DNA of 64,000 nucleotides from an uncultured Actinomycetes bacterium (GTDB lineage: Bacteria > Actinomycetota > Thermoleophilia > RBG-16-64-13), in the NCBI GenBank assembly GCA_963814415.1, contig CAWFCN010000001.1, positions 129,604 through 193,603 on the forward strand, written 5' to 3'. A program made the translations under genes and the position numbers. This document shows, piece after piece, positions 1 through 9,900 of this stretch (positions are counted from its first letter, which is position 1; each line of letters begins with the position of its first letter). The notes under the pieces are model-generated. The model saw only the letters and a list, made by a program, of their open reading frames with translations, was not told the DNA's origin and made no database searches.

Positions 1-708
1 GAGACCTTTGTGGAAGAGAGCCTGCCTCGTCTGCTGGCGTTGCCCTGTCCGTTGATTCTGAGCGTCGGGGGCTTCTCCCGGAGTGAGTACGTGTCCATGG
101 CTTCCGGACTCAGGCAGGCACTGGACACCATGGCCGGCCAGCGGTGGACCGAGAGGGTAGGTCTTGAGGTCAACGTCTCCTGTCCCAACGTGCACTCAGG
201 GTGTGCCTCCATAGGCAGCGACCCGCAGGAGACCGCGCAGGTGGTGGGTGCGGTGCGCGGTGTTTGGCCGGGGCTACTTGTGGCGAAGCTGACCCCGAAC
301 GTCACCGACATCGTGGCCATAGGCAGGGCGGCCGAAGGCGCGGGCGCGGACGCCATAGCCGCCGTTAACACTTTCAAGGGTCTGGTACTAGACCGGGACA
401 GCCTGAAGCCGTATCTTGGCAATACCACTGGAGGGCTGTCGGGGCCGGCTATCAAGCCTCTGGCTCTCAGGGCGGTCTACGAACTCTACGAGGGTCTCAC
501 GGTCCCCATTATCGGGATGGGAGGAGTGGCGACAGTAGAGGACGTCTTGGAGTTCATCGCCTGTGGCGCCAAGGTCGTAGCGGTGGGCTCGGCTGTTCTG
601 CAGGATCAGTCCCGGGCGTATTGCCTAGCCGATGAGCTGGAGCAAAGGCTTCGCGACCGAGGAATGGAGCTGGAAGGACTGCTGGGTCTCGCGCATCGTC
701 GGGTCTGA
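1..708 (+). CDS. pyrD: Dihydroorotate dehydrogenase catalytic subunit, C-terminal part (5' end outside window)
   Basis: Translation has the DHODH class 1 TIM-barrel motifs (LEVNVSCPN, GGLSGPAIKP, PIIGMGGV). The frame is open from window base 1. Confidence 0.8.
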   Translation, partial: ETFVEESLPRLLALPCPLILSVGGFSRSEYVSMASGLRQALDTMAGQRWTERVGLEVNVSCPNVHSGCASIGSDPQETAQVVGAVRGVWPGLLVAKLTPNVTDIVAIGRAAEGAGADAIAAVNTFKGLVLDRDSLKPYLGNTTGGLSGPAIKPLALRAVYELYEGLTVPIIGMGGVATVEDVLEFIACGAKVVAVGSAVLQDQSRAYCLADELEQRLRDRGMELEGLLGLAHRRV

Positions 709-789
709 GTACACAGCAAGCTGAAAATCGCCTGAATACAGGCAATAGAGGGTCAAAAGGTTATTGCGTCCACTAGGGGGGTTGGTATA

Positions 790-1131
790 ATGCTCGCTGT
801 GAACCAGATTCCCAGCACGATTTCTCAGACTCCTGAGCGTACCCAGAAGCAGAGGATGGAGGCCCTTCGTCGGGCCAACGACATCCGTTCTGAACGGGCT
901 CGTCTCAAGGAACGTCTGCGTAGTGGCGAGGTCGTCATCGTAGAAGTGTTGTCTGACCCCCCTGTCTGCGTGCACACTGCCAAGGTCATGGATCTGTTGC
1001 TGGCCGTTCCCAAGTACGGTCGCGTGAAGGCGAATCGCATTCTTGAGCGGTGTCGCATCAGTCCCGCTCGAACGGTGAACGGTCTTACTCCCCGTCAGCG
1101 CAAAGAGCTGCTAGACATCATGGGCGGCTGA
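790..1131 (+). CDS. mihF: Actinobacterial integration host factor-like protein (mIHF family)
   Basis: The ~110 aa basic protein has the pattern ...RRANDIRSERARLKERLRSG...VPKYGRVKANRILE...LTPRQRKELL. It sits immediately upstream of gmk-rpoZ-coaBC, as in mycobacteria and Streptomyces. The start is uncertain (ATG 790 or GTG 799). Confidence 0.7.
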   Translation: MLAVNQIPSTISQTPERTQKQRMEALRRANDIRSERARLKERLRSGEVVIVEVLSDPPVCVHTAKVMDLLLAVPKYGRVKANRILERCRISPARTVNGLTPRQRKELLDIMGG

Positions 1132-1760
1132 CCGGCTCTGATCTTTCGGGGGCGGCCATCGCTCGGCTCATAGTCATCTCAGGTCCTTCCGGCGCCGGCA
1201 AAGGCACACTCATCAAAGGTGCCATGGCGCAGTTGTCTGGAGTCGCTCTCTCCGTATCCGCTACTACGCGCAGCATGCGCGCTGGGGAGATAGAGGGCCG
1301 GGACTATTTCTTCTTGACCAGGCAGGAGTTCGAAAACCGAGCGCGCTCGCGTCTGTTTCTGGAGTGGGCGCAGTACGCGGGCAACCTCTATGGCACGCCG
1401 GCACAGGCGGTGGAGGATAGCCTGTCGAGCGGTGTGGACGTGATTCTGGAGATCGAGCTTCAAGGCGCGGACCAAGTGCTGAGCATGAGACCGGATGCCG
1501 TGATGATCTATATCATGCCCCCGTCTTTGGAGGAGTTGGAGCGTCGCCTGCGCGGTAGAAAGACGGAGAGCGAAGAGGCGATCCGGAATCGGCTGGCCCG
1601 GGCCAGGGAAGAAATCGCCATCGTGAACGATAAGGAGCGTCAAGGTCTGCCGCACATGCACTATGTTATAGTGAACGATAGCGCGAAAAGGGCGAGCAAC
1701 GAGCTTGCTGGGATTATCAAGCAAACCAGGGAAGATGATGAACAAGCCGACTGTCGATGA
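1050..1760 (+). CDS. gmk: Guanylate kinase
   Basis: P-loop GPSGAGKGT and the guanylate kinase fold motifs are present. The only canonical in-frame start is GTG 1050, which overlaps the 3' end of mihF by 82 nt. Confidence 0.85.
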   Translation: MSHQSRSNGERSYSPSAQRAARHHGRLTGSDLSGAAIARLIVISGPSGAGKGTLIKGAMAQLSGVALSVSATTRSMRAGEIEGRDYFFLTRQEFENRARSRLFLEWAQYAGNLYGTPAQAVEDSLSSGVDVILEIELQGADQVLSMRPDAVMIYIMPPSLEELERRLRGRKTESEEAIRNRLARAREEIAIVNDKERQGLPHMHYVIVNDSAKRASNELAGIIKQTREDDEQADCR

Positions 1761-2010
1761 AGTCCTCGCGGGTCTCTCCGGAGCCCGGGACGAAGATGCC
1801 GAAGAGCCCAACCGCTACACTGCCGTAATGGTGACTGCCAAGCGTGCGCGGCAGATCAACTCTTACTACCACAGCCTTGGCGAAACCTCGGGACTGGACG
1901 CTTTTGCGCCTCCCGCTCTGCCAGGGTTCTCGCGGAACTACCTCAGTATCGCCATGGCCGAAGCGGCCAGAGGCGAGATCTCCTATCGGTTGCGCCCTTC
2001 TAGGCAATAG
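1735..2010 (+). CDS. rpoZ: DNA-directed RNA polymerase subunit omega
   Basis: MMNKPTVDEVL...NRYTAVMVTAKRARQI is typical RpoZ. ATG 1735 is preceded by an AGGGAAG RBS-like sequence. The ORF track starts earlier, at TTG 1705. Confidence 0.85.
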   Translation: MMNKPTVDEVLAGLSGARDEDAEEPNRYTAVMVTAKRARQINSYYHSLGETSGLDAFAPPALPGFSRNYLSIAMAEAARGEISYRLRPSRQ

Positions 2011-2036
2011 GGCGCCGGGGCAGCTGGGAGCGCGCT

Positions 2037-3272
2037 ATGCCTGATCGTCCCTTGGTCCTCCTGGGGGTGACGGGAGGCATAGCAGCATTCAAAGCCGCCG
2101 AACTGCTACGAGGCCTGCAGAAGGCCGGCATGGATGTGCGCGTCATAATGACGCGCGCCGCCACGCAGTTCGTGGGCCCCATGACCTTTGAGACTCTCTC
2201 CGGTGCGCCTGTGCGTCTGGACAAGGTGAGTGAGCTTCGCGCCGACTCGCGTATCACTCATGTGGAGGACGCCCAGGACGCCGACATCATGGTCGTAGCG
2301 CCTGCCACGGCCAACACTCTGGCCAAGATGGCCAACGGTCTTGCCGACAACCTGCTCACCTCGATGTTCCTGGCCTTTGGCAAGACAGTGGTCGTCGCGC
2401 CCGCCATGAACACCAATATGTGGGAGCACCCAGCTACCCAGAAGAACGTCGCTACGCTGCGCGACCACGGCGTGTTCGTCGTCGAGCCCGGCACCGGCGA
2501 CTTGGCCTGCGGAGACTTCGGGTCAGGTCGCATGGCCGAGCCGAACAGCATCGTCGCCGAGGTGAAGCTGAGACTTCAGGTACAGCGCAGCCGAGACCTG
2601 CGCGGCCTGCGGGTGCTCATCACCGCCGGAGGTACTCGCGAGCCCATAGATGCCGTGCGTTTCATCGGCAACCGGAGCTCGGGCAAGATGGGGTTCGCAC
2701 TGGCGCGGGCGGCCTTCGACCGCGGGGCCAAAGTCGATCTCATAGAGGCGAACGTGGACATGCCGGCCGTGCCGGGCGTTCGGGAGATCCAGACTCCTAC
2801 AGCCAAGGAGATGCACGAACAAGTGCTCAAGCGCCTGCCTGAGATCGACATCCTGATCATGGCGGCGGCTGTGGCCGACTACCGTCTGGCCGATGGCCCC
2901 ACGGGAGGCAAGGTCGGCAAGGGCAAGGACGAGTGGGCGATCGAGTTGGAGGCGACGACCGACATCTTGATGGACGTGGCCAAGCGCCGCGAGGGGCAGT
3001 TCGTCGTAGGCTTTGCCGCGGAGTATGGTCTGGAGGCGTTGGAGCGGGCGAGGGAGAAGATGACCCGCAAGTCGCTGGACATGATTGTGTTCAACGACAT
3101 CTCGCGTACCGACATCGGTTTCGACTCCGACTTCAACGAGGTGCGCATACTCACCCGGGACTCCGACGTGGCGGTGGAGAAGGCCCCCAAGGAGACCGTG
3201 GCCGAGATAATCCTGGACAACATTGCCTTGGCTGTCCGTACCCGCGGGTCGGGCGTCCCTTTGCCGGCGTAG
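2037..3272 (+). CDS. coaBC: Bifunctional phosphopantothenoylcysteine decarboxylase / phosphopantothenate-cysteine ligase
   Basis: An N-terminal flavoprotein domain (LLGVTGGIAAFKA, PAMNTNMW) is followed by a C-terminal DFP ligase domain. Length is 411 aa. Confidence 0.9.
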   Translation: MPDRPLVLLGVTGGIAAFKAAELLRGLQKAGMDVRVIMTRAATQFVGPMTFETLSGAPVRLDKVSELRADSRITHVEDAQDADIMVVAPATANTLAKMANGLADNLLTSMFLAFGKTVVVAPAMNTNMWEHPATQKNVATLRDHGVFVVEPGTGDLACGDFGSGRMAEPNSIVAEVKLRLQVQRSRDLRGLRVLITAGGTREPIDAVRFIGNRSSGKMGFALARAAFDRGAKVDLIEANVDMPAVPGVREIQTPTAKEMHEQVLKRLPEIDILIMAAAVADYRLADGPTGGKVGKGKDEWAIELEATTDILMDVAKRREGQFVVGFAAEYGLEALERAREKMTRKSLDMIVFNDISRTDIGFDSDFNEVRILTRDSDVAVEKAPKETVAEIILDNIALAVRTRGSGVPLPA

Positions 3273-3283
3273 AAAAGCAAGAA

Positions 3284-3303
3284 GGCGCGCCTCGCGGCGC
3301 GCC
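3284..3303. terminator. GC-rich hairpin (GGCGCGCC-tcgc-GGCGCGCC) between convergent coaBC and the sigma gene
   Basis: An 8-bp perfect stem with a 4-nt loop is seen. On the minus strand it is followed by a T-rich run (ttcttgctttt). A second hairpin lies at 3328-3343 (CCGGTC-gcga-GACCGG). Confidence 0.5.
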
Positions 3304-3356
3304 CTCGGTCAAGCGTTCTGTGTGCGGCCGGTCGCGAGACCGGCGGGGGAGAGTAG

Positions 3357-4445
3357 CTAGGCCGTCTCCCGCATCGCCTGTATGTCCTCGGAAGCCTTGA
3401 TCTGCTCCAGAGCCTTGGCCTCGATCTGGCGTATGCGCTCGCGGCTGACGTTGAAGCGGGAGCTCACCTCGGCCAGAGTGCGAGGATGCTCGCCCTTGAG
3501 GCCGAAGCGGAGCTCGACCACTTTGCGCTCGCGCTCGTCCATGGCCTTGAGGACGCGGTCGAGGCTCTCCTTGGCGATGAGGCTGGAGACCACGTCTGCC
3601 GGGTCCGGAGTCTTGGAGTTCTCGATGAAGTCGCCCAGCTCAGCGTCTTCCTCGTCGCCGATGGGGGTCTCGAGCGAGGTGGTGCGTTGCGCGATCTTGC
3701 GCATCTCCTGCACTTCCTGAGTATCGATACCGAGCTCGGCGGCGAGATCGTCGTCGTTGGGCTCCTTGCCGGTCTCCTGCAGCAGCTTCCGCTCGGTGCG
3801 GACCATCTTGTTGATCTTCTCGATCATGTGCACCGGGATGCGGATGTTGCGGTCCTGGTTGGCGATGGCCCGGGTGATCGCCTGTCGTATCCACCAGGTA
3901 GCGTACGTGGAGAACTTGAAGCCCTTGCGGTAGTCGAACTTCTCCACAGCGCGGATGAGACCGGTGTTGCCCTCTTGGATGAGGTCAAGCAGGTCCATGT
4001 CCTGGGTGTAGTAGTTCTTGGCTATAGAGATGACCAAACGGAGGTTGGATTGGATCATGCGGTCCTTGGCCCGCTTGTCCCCGGCCTCGATGCGCACAGC
4101 AAGCTCTATCTCCTCATTCTTGGAGAGGAGAGGGATCTCGCCTGCCTCCTTGAGGTAGAGGCGAAGAGGATCGTGCGTGACGGTCTGTATGGAAAGGTCG
4201 AGAGCGGGCTCGGTGGGCTCCAAGACGCCTTGGCTGACCGGACTCTGCTCGTAGATCTCGATGGACTGGTCGAAGAGCTGAGAGTAGAGGTCTTCGATCT
4301 CCTCCATAGCCATGTCGTGCTCTTCGACCAGCGCCATGATCTCGTCGCTGGTCACGTAGCCGCGCTCCTGGCCGACCTGTAGGAGGTCCTGCACGTCCAC
4401 GATGGTGCGGACGTCGATAGTAGCGATATCAGTTTCTCTTTGCAC
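3357..4445 (-). CDS. RNA polymerase sigma-70 family sigma factor, group 1/2 (RpoD/SigA-like)
   Basis: Regions 1.2-4.2 are conserved ([46 protein letters not shown], the -35 recognition [24 protein letters not shown]). Start is GTG. Length is 362 aa. Confidence 0.85.
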   Translation of the reverse strand: MQRETDIATIDVRTIVDVQDLLQVGQERGYVTSDEIMALVEEHDMAMEEIEDLYSQLFDQSIEIYEQSPVSQGVLEPTEPALDLSIQTVTHDPLRLYLKEAGEIPLLSKNEEIELAVRIEAGDKRAKDRMIQSNLRLVISIAKNYYTQDMDLLDLIQEGNTGLIRAVEKFDYRKGFKFSTYATWWIRQAITRAIANQDRNIRIPVHMIEKINKMVRTERKLLQETGKEPNDDDLAAELGIDTQEVQEMRKIAQRTTSLETPIGDEEDAELGDFIENSKTPDPADVVSSLIAKESLDRVLKAMDERERKVVELRFGLKGEHPRTLAEVSSRFNVSRERIRQIEAKALEQIKASEDIQAMRETA

Positions 4446-4515
4446 TTTTGCCTGCTATCCTATGTAAAGGTTTAAGGTTTCCCTTTGAGAATCAACGTGT
4501 GACACAAACCTCAAT

Positions 4516-4544
4516 ATTATACTCTGGGGGGTTTGTGGCGTCAA
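4516..4544 (-). promoter_or_regulatory. Putative sigma-70 promoter P1 for the sigma gene (TTGACG-17-TATAAT on minus strand)
   Basis: The minus-strand read is cTTGACGccacaaaccccccagagTATAATatt. It lies ~70 nt upstream of the GTG start at 4445. Confidence 0.5.
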
Positions 4545-4581
4545 GCCCCAGTGTGCCGGTTGCTTCGACATCTATGCGATC

Positions 4582-4610
4582 ATTCTACCGAACAAACGTT
4601 CGGAATGCAA
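4582..4610 (-). promoter_or_regulatory. Putative upstream promoter P2 (TTGCAT-17-TAGAAT on minus strand) whose spacer contains a LexA box
   Basis: The minus-strand read is TTGCATtccgaacgtttgttcggTAGAATg. The -35 and -10 hexamers flank the palindrome. Confidence 0.4.
4589..4602. promoter_or_regulatory. LexA binding site (Cheo / SOS box, CGAAC-N4-GTTCG)
   Basis: CGAACAAACGTTCG matches the Gram-positive/actinobacterial LexA consensus CGAACRNRYGTTCG perfectly. It lies in the 320-bp divergent intergenic region between the sigma gene and plsX. Confidence 0.6.
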
Positions 4611-4806
4611 TCATTTCCTTCACTGTTATCGGGACGGTGTTTGCTTCGCTTGAGTTCCCGGAGGGTCGGTGCCGCATAGAGCGCTTCGGCACTCCTTCCA
4701 GTGCGCGGGGTTGTATGAGAGAGTCGTTGCATCGGCGTGTTCAGCGGAAAGGTAACAAGGAGTCTCGGTGCAAGATCAACTGGAGACCGCAGCCCAAGAA
4801 GTGAGG

Positions 4807-5817
4807 ATGGTCACGCTGGCCCTGGATGCCGAAGGTGGTGACAACGCGCCGGAAGAGATCGTTGCGGGGGCACTGCAGGTCGCGTCTCCTGATCTGAAGG
4901 TTCTGCTGGTAGGACGTCCTGAGGTGATCGAGCCGCTGTTGACGGGAGCCGATCGCGGCAATATCGAGATAGTGCCCAGCGTGACCGCCATTACCTGTGA
5001 CATGGAGCCCGCCTCCGCTGTCAAGAATATGCAGGACTCCTCCATAGTGGTAGGTTGCAGGACGGTGGCAGAAGGGCGGTCGGAGGGGTTCGTATCGGCG
5101 GGCAGCACCGGTGCTATGTTGGCCGGCTCGCTCCTGTTCGTGAAGAGGGCTGCCGGGATCAGGCGCCCGGCCATCGTCACGATCCTACCCGGCAACGCTG
5201 GACCACTGGTCTTCTTGGACGCGGGCGCCAACGCCGACTGCCGTCCTGAGAATCTGCTGGAGTTCGGCGTCCTGGGAGCGGCTTTCGCGGGTGCGGCCCT
5301 AGGTATGGAGAGGCCCAGGGTGGGGCTGCTCAACATAGGCGAAGAAAGGGAGAAGGGCAGCGAACTCGCCCGGGCAGCGCATGAGTTGCTCGCCGTCTCT
5401 GGATTGGACTTCGTAGGCAACGTCGAAGGCCGCGACCTTCTCACCGGCATCGCCGACGTGGTGGTCACCGACGGCTTCACCGGCAACGTGGCACTCAAGC
5501 TCCTTGAGGGCTGTTCCTCGTCTCTGTTCATGAGAGTCAAGCAGGCTGCGAACAGCAGCGCGCGAGCTAAGATCGGGGGCCTCTTGTTGCGCCCGGCCCT
5601 GAGGGCCGTGAAGGCCGGCCTGGACCCGGAGGAGTACGGCGGCACGTATCTGCTGGGCGTTCGTGGACTGGTAGTGATCTGTCACGGTAACGCGTCTCGA
5701 AGGGCTATAGCGAATGCGCTGCGATTCGGGGCCGAAGCCCTTCGGAAAGGCGTTCTCTCCACGGTAGAACGGGAGTTTGCGCGTCTGACGGCGGCGCAGG
5801 GGGCTGCCGAGTCTTGA
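4807..5817 (+). CDS. plsX: Phosphate acyltransferase PlsX
   Basis: MVTLALDAEGGDNAPEE..., GFTGNVALK and the other PlsX signature blocks are present. The ORF track starts at GTG 4768, but ATG 4807 with a GAGGA RBS fits the family N-terminus. Confidence 0.9.
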   Translation: MVTLALDAEGGDNAPEEIVAGALQVASPDLKVLLVGRPEVIEPLLTGADRGNIEIVPSVTAITCDMEPASAVKNMQDSSIVVGCRTVAEGRSEGFVSAGSTGAMLAGSLLFVKRAAGIRRPAIVTILPGNAGPLVFLDAGANADCRPENLLEFGVLGAAFAGAALGMERPRVGLLNIGEEREKGSELARAAHELLAVSGLDFVGNVEGRDLLTGIADVVVTDGFTGNVALKLLEGCSSSLFMRVKQAANSSARAKIGGLLLRPALRAVKAGLDPEEYGGTYLLGVRGLVVICHGNASRRAIANALRFGAEALRKGVLSTVEREFARLTAAQGAAES

Positions 5818-5890
5818 CTGCCGCTGATACAATGACACGGCAATGAAGTGGTTCTGGTGACAGGCCAACCGAATGGGTAAGGAGTGGCAG

Positions 5891-6130
5891 ATGAGCAAAG
5901 ACGAGATCCTCGCTAAGTTGCGCGACATCCTGGTCGATCAACTCGGCGTTGACGCAGCGAGCGTCACGTTGGAGGCCTCGTTCTCGGACGATCTGGACGC
6001 GGACAGCCTGGACCTGGTGGAGCTCATCATGGAGCTTGAGGACCAGTTCGGTCTTAAGATCAGCGACGAGGAAGCACAGACCCTCACCACCGTCGGCGCG
6101 GCAGTTGACTTCATAGCCGCGCGCGTCTGA
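5891..6130 (+). CDS. acpP: Acyl carrier protein
   Basis: The phosphopantetheine attachment motif [12 protein letters not shown] is present. An AAGGAG RBS lies 7 nt upstream of ATG 5891. Confidence 0.9.
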   Translation: MSKDEILAKLRDILVDQLGVDAASVTLEASFSDDLDADSLDLVELIMELEDQFGLKISDEEAQTLTTVGAAVDFIAARV

Positions 6131-6139
6131 TCTGTACGA

Positions 6140-6925
6140 TTGCGAAATAGGATGGGAACGCGGGGACTGCCGGCGACGAAGCGGGCGGTCCCCGTTCGTT
6201 TGTTCCTTTGGGTGGCTGGTCGGCGTGGCAGCCTCGAGAGATTACACGGCGACGATCTGCTAGGGCTCATAGAAGATTTGCCCGAGGAGCTTCGGGCCAA
6301 AGCGCTGACTCATTCCTCTCGCGCGGCGACGCGCGTGGATTCCAACGAACGCCTGGAGTTCTTGGGGGATAGCGTTCTGGGTCTGGCCATCGCGGCCGAA
6401 TTGTTCCGACGGTACCCGGATAGCGAAGAGGGTGATCTCGCTCGGCTCAAGGCCTATGTGGTCAGCCGGGCCAACTGTGCCGAAGTGGCGGAACGACTGG
6501 GGGTCGGCCGGCTGATGGTGGCGCAGGCGCAGGGTGCCGACAACGGGCGGGGAGAAGCGGTCCAGAGCCGCGCGATGGTGGGCAACGCTCTAGAAGCGCT
6601 CATCGGTGCCGTGTTCCTCTCTTTTGGATGCGAGCGGACAGCGGTGGCCGTAGTGGACGCCTTCGAGGAGCCAATGCGCAGGGGGGCGGCGGGCAACATC
6701 GATTCAAAGACCAGCCTGCAGGAGTTACTCGCGCATAGGGGCGTGCAGCCCGAGTACCGGTTGGCGTCGGAGAGCGGCCCCGCACATGCCCGAGTGTTTA
6801 GCTCGGAAGTATGTGTCGATGGCCAGGTACGCGGTTGCGGCACGGGAACGACCATAAAGATGAGCGAGCAGGCGGCGGCCAAACAGGCGCTCGTCTCCTA
6901 CGGTGTCGATGCGGGAGCGGACTGA
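6140..6925 (+). CDS. rnc: Ribonuclease III
   Basis: The RNase III signature ERLEFLGDSVLG and a C-terminal dsRBD are present. The true start is probably ATG 6152 or GTG 6212. Confidence 0.85.
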   Translation: MRNRMGTRGLPATKRAVPVRLFLWVAGRRGSLERLHGDDLLGLIEDLPEELRAKALTHSSRAATRVDSNERLEFLGDSVLGLAIAAELFRRYPDSEEGDLARLKAYVVSRANCAEVAERLGVGRLMVAQAQGADNGRGEAVQSRAMVGNALEALIGAVFLSFGCERTAVAVVDAFEEPMRRGAAGNIDSKTSLQELLAHRGVQPEYRLASESGPAHARVFSSEVCVDGQVRGCGTGTTIKMSEQAAAKQALVSYGVDAGAD

Positions 6926-9900
6926 AGTGGTGCATCTGCAATCTGTTCACATCCGTGGGTTCAAGACCTTCGCCAAGCCCACGGACCTGCTTCTGGAGCC
7001 CGGGGTGACCGTGATAATCGGGCCCAACGGCAGCGGCAAGAGCAACATAGCCGACGCTGTGTTGTGGGTGCTGGGGGAGCAGAGCCCGGGCAATCTGCGC
7101 GGACGCACCATGCAGGACGTTATGTTCTCGGGCGCCGACGGCAAGAAGCAGAGCAGCGTGGCCGAAGTGAGTCTCGTCTTCAACAATGGTAGTGGCTCAC
7201 TGCCTCTCGATTGCAGCGAGCTGGAGGTCACACGCCGCCTGACCAGAGACTCGGGTTCCGAGTATCGGCTGAACGGCAGTGGTTGCCGTCTGCTGGATAT
7301 CCAGGACGTGGTAGGCCAGCTCGGCCTGGGCCGGGAGATGCACAGCGTCATCAGCCAGGGCAAGGTGGAGTCGCTGCTCAACTCCAGCGCAGAGGCACGC
7401 CGGGCCATGGTTGAGGAAGCGGCCGGGCTCGGGCGCTTCAAGAAGCGCAGGGAGAGGGCCCAGTCCAAGATGGAGCGGGCCACTCAGAACCTGGTCCGCG
7501 CGCGGGACATCGAAGAAGAGGTGAGGACGGCCATGCGGCCGCTCCGTCAACAGGTCGCGGCCGCGGAACGGTTCGCCGAGGCCACTGAGGATTGGGCGAC
7601 TGCCCGCGGGCGTCAGCTGCTGCACTCGCTGCACGAGGTGCAGGATGCGCACAAAGCCGCGGAGCAGGAGCTTCAGCAGATCGATGGCGGCCTGAGTGAC
7701 GTCGGTAGTAGGGTCGCGGAATTGCGGCGGCAGCGCGCAGCCGAAGAAGAGGGCTTTACGGCTGCCCTCAAGGAACGAGAGCGGTTGGGCAGCCTCTTCC
7801 ATCAGACCCGAGCGGTAGCCGAGTACTTGGAAAGCCGGGCCGCGACTTTGCGTCAGCGGCTGGTACGGGCGGAGGGAGATCTGGACCGGGCGCGCCGTCG
7901 CCTGGAGCTGGCCAGGAGCGATGCGTCGTCTCTGTCGTCTCGAGTGGAGGAGGTCATGACAGGGACCGCCGACGAGGTCCGCCTGAACCGGGTCTCCGGA
8001 TGGTCGGAAGACCTTCGCAAGGCCTTGGAGGAAGCACTGCCCGCGTATCAAGAGGCCACTCAAAGAGAGGACGATCTCAAGGACACGGTGTTCGAATTGG
8101 AGGCCGCGCGGTCAAGAGCCCTGCAGGACAGAGAGTTCTTGCGCCGAGAGAAAGAGGAGAGAGGTCGAGTCGGTGCTGAACTGGCGACTCTGCTGGAGCA
8201 GACACAGGCCCGCATGGCGCAACTAGAGGGCGAAGCCGGCAGACTGGAGCAGGCCGTGGTTCAAGCCGAGGAGGCCGTGCGCGCCGCCGAGGGTGGCGTG
8301 CGAGCGGCTGCCGAGGCAAGGGAGCAAGCGCGAGGCCGTGCGCAGGAGTCCGCGCGCATCGAGGCTGGGCTCCTGGAGGTACTCGCCGGGCTGGAGTCGC
8401 GACAGACGGTGCTTCGGGGGGTGCTCGAGCGTAAAGAGGGGCTGCCCGCGGGAGCGCGCGAACTGTTGGCGGGAGCCTCCGGCTATCGTTCGCTGGCCGA
8501 ACTCCTGGTCGTCAAGCCTGGGTACGAGCGCGCCGTAGCGGCGGCTCTCGGGGCTGCCATACAGGCTGTCGTTGTCCCCGAAGGGCAGGCCCTGAGTGAT
8601 GCGCTCCAGCGCGCGGGCGGACCTGTGGAGGCGTTGCGCGCTGGCGCCGATTCCGACACGGCTAAAGTGAAGACGGTGCCCCCCGCCGGCGCCAAGGACC
8701 TGTGGGAGTTGGTCGGAGGGCCAGACGCGGTGCTGCAGACCCTGCGGCGCATAATTCCGGAGACCTACGTGGTGGAGGGCAGTGGCCAGGAGGGGGAGGG
8801 CCTCGAGGCCCTGGAGAAGGCCGGCAAGCAGTGCGCGGCGCGCCTGGTCAACCGCTCGGGCGAGATTCTTCAAGCCGGGGTCTACGCAGCACGCCGGCAG
8901 GAGGCCGGAGCGGAGAGCCTCTTGGCTGCCACCAACGAGCTCGAGGCGGCCGCCCGGGAGTACGAGGATGTAGTCAAAGAGCGAGACGATACCAGGCAGG
9001 CCGCCGAGAAGGCGGCCGCCGAGGCTGTGGCTTCTGAGGCGGGACTTCGGCAGCAGGAGGAGAGGGTGCGCGAGGCAGAGCACCATCTGGCGGGCCAGCG
9101 GAGCGAGGCCGACCTCTGCAGGCGCCGGCTTGAAGAGAGCGGCGACCAACTCCGCGAACTGCGCGAGCGGAACGTGCGCGAAGATCGACTCGCCGAGGAG
9201 CTTGCCGCCCAACTCGAAACCGTCGAGAACGCGATGGCAGGGCGGGATACGGAGCTTGAGGCGGTGCGGGCGTCTTTGCGCGAGTTGCAGTCCGGCCTGG
9301 AGGCCATGCGTAGGAATGTCGCGCGCCTTGAGGAGAAGAAGGGCCAGTCGGCCCTGGTCGAGGTGAAGCTGCGAGAGCGGTGCCGCAGCCTGGCCAACGA
9401 ACGGGCCAGAGTAGAAGCTCAGAAACAGATCGCCGAACTCGAAGTCAGCAAGTGGGGACGGCGAGTGCAGTTCTTGGATGCCTGTGCACCTGTGGTGGCC
9501 AGGCTGCTGAAGGTGGCCGAGGGCCTGGCAGAGCGCGGCGCGGGCGCGGCAGAGCAGCTGCAGGGATATGTCGAAGCCACTCGCAACCATACCGAGGGTA
9601 CCGCGAAGACCATGCGCGACTGGGGGAGCGCTGAGATCAGCCTGCAGCGCGAATACGACACCATGACCGGCCGGCTGACCGAGGTAAGGGTCGAACAGGC
9701 GAGGCTTGAGGACAGGCGTGCGCAGCTAGAGGAAGAGTTGACCGAGCTGCGGCGGCGGCATCTCTCCCCTCGCAGTCTAACCGCCGCCGACATCATCGGG
9801 GCCGACTCGCAGTCATTGGCCGCGGCGGTGGAGAGGGCGGAGCGACGGCGCGAGCGCATCGGCCCGGTCAATCCATTGGCCGAACAGGAGTACGGCCAGA

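Noticed and set aside
3486-4382. Long alternative-frame and antisense ORFs inside real genes (e.g. 3486-4382, 4776-5645, 8223-9590, 11537-12331, 23497-24264, 48985-49764)
   Set aside because: These are high-GC artefacts. They lie opposite or out of frame to strongly conserved genes and have Arg/Ala/Pro-rich, low-complexity translations.
4448-4804. 118-aa ORF filling the sigma/plsX intergenic region
   Set aside because: Third-codon positions are not GC-enriched like real genes here. There is no recognisable domain. It overlaps the promoter and LexA-box region. It is most likely non-coding.
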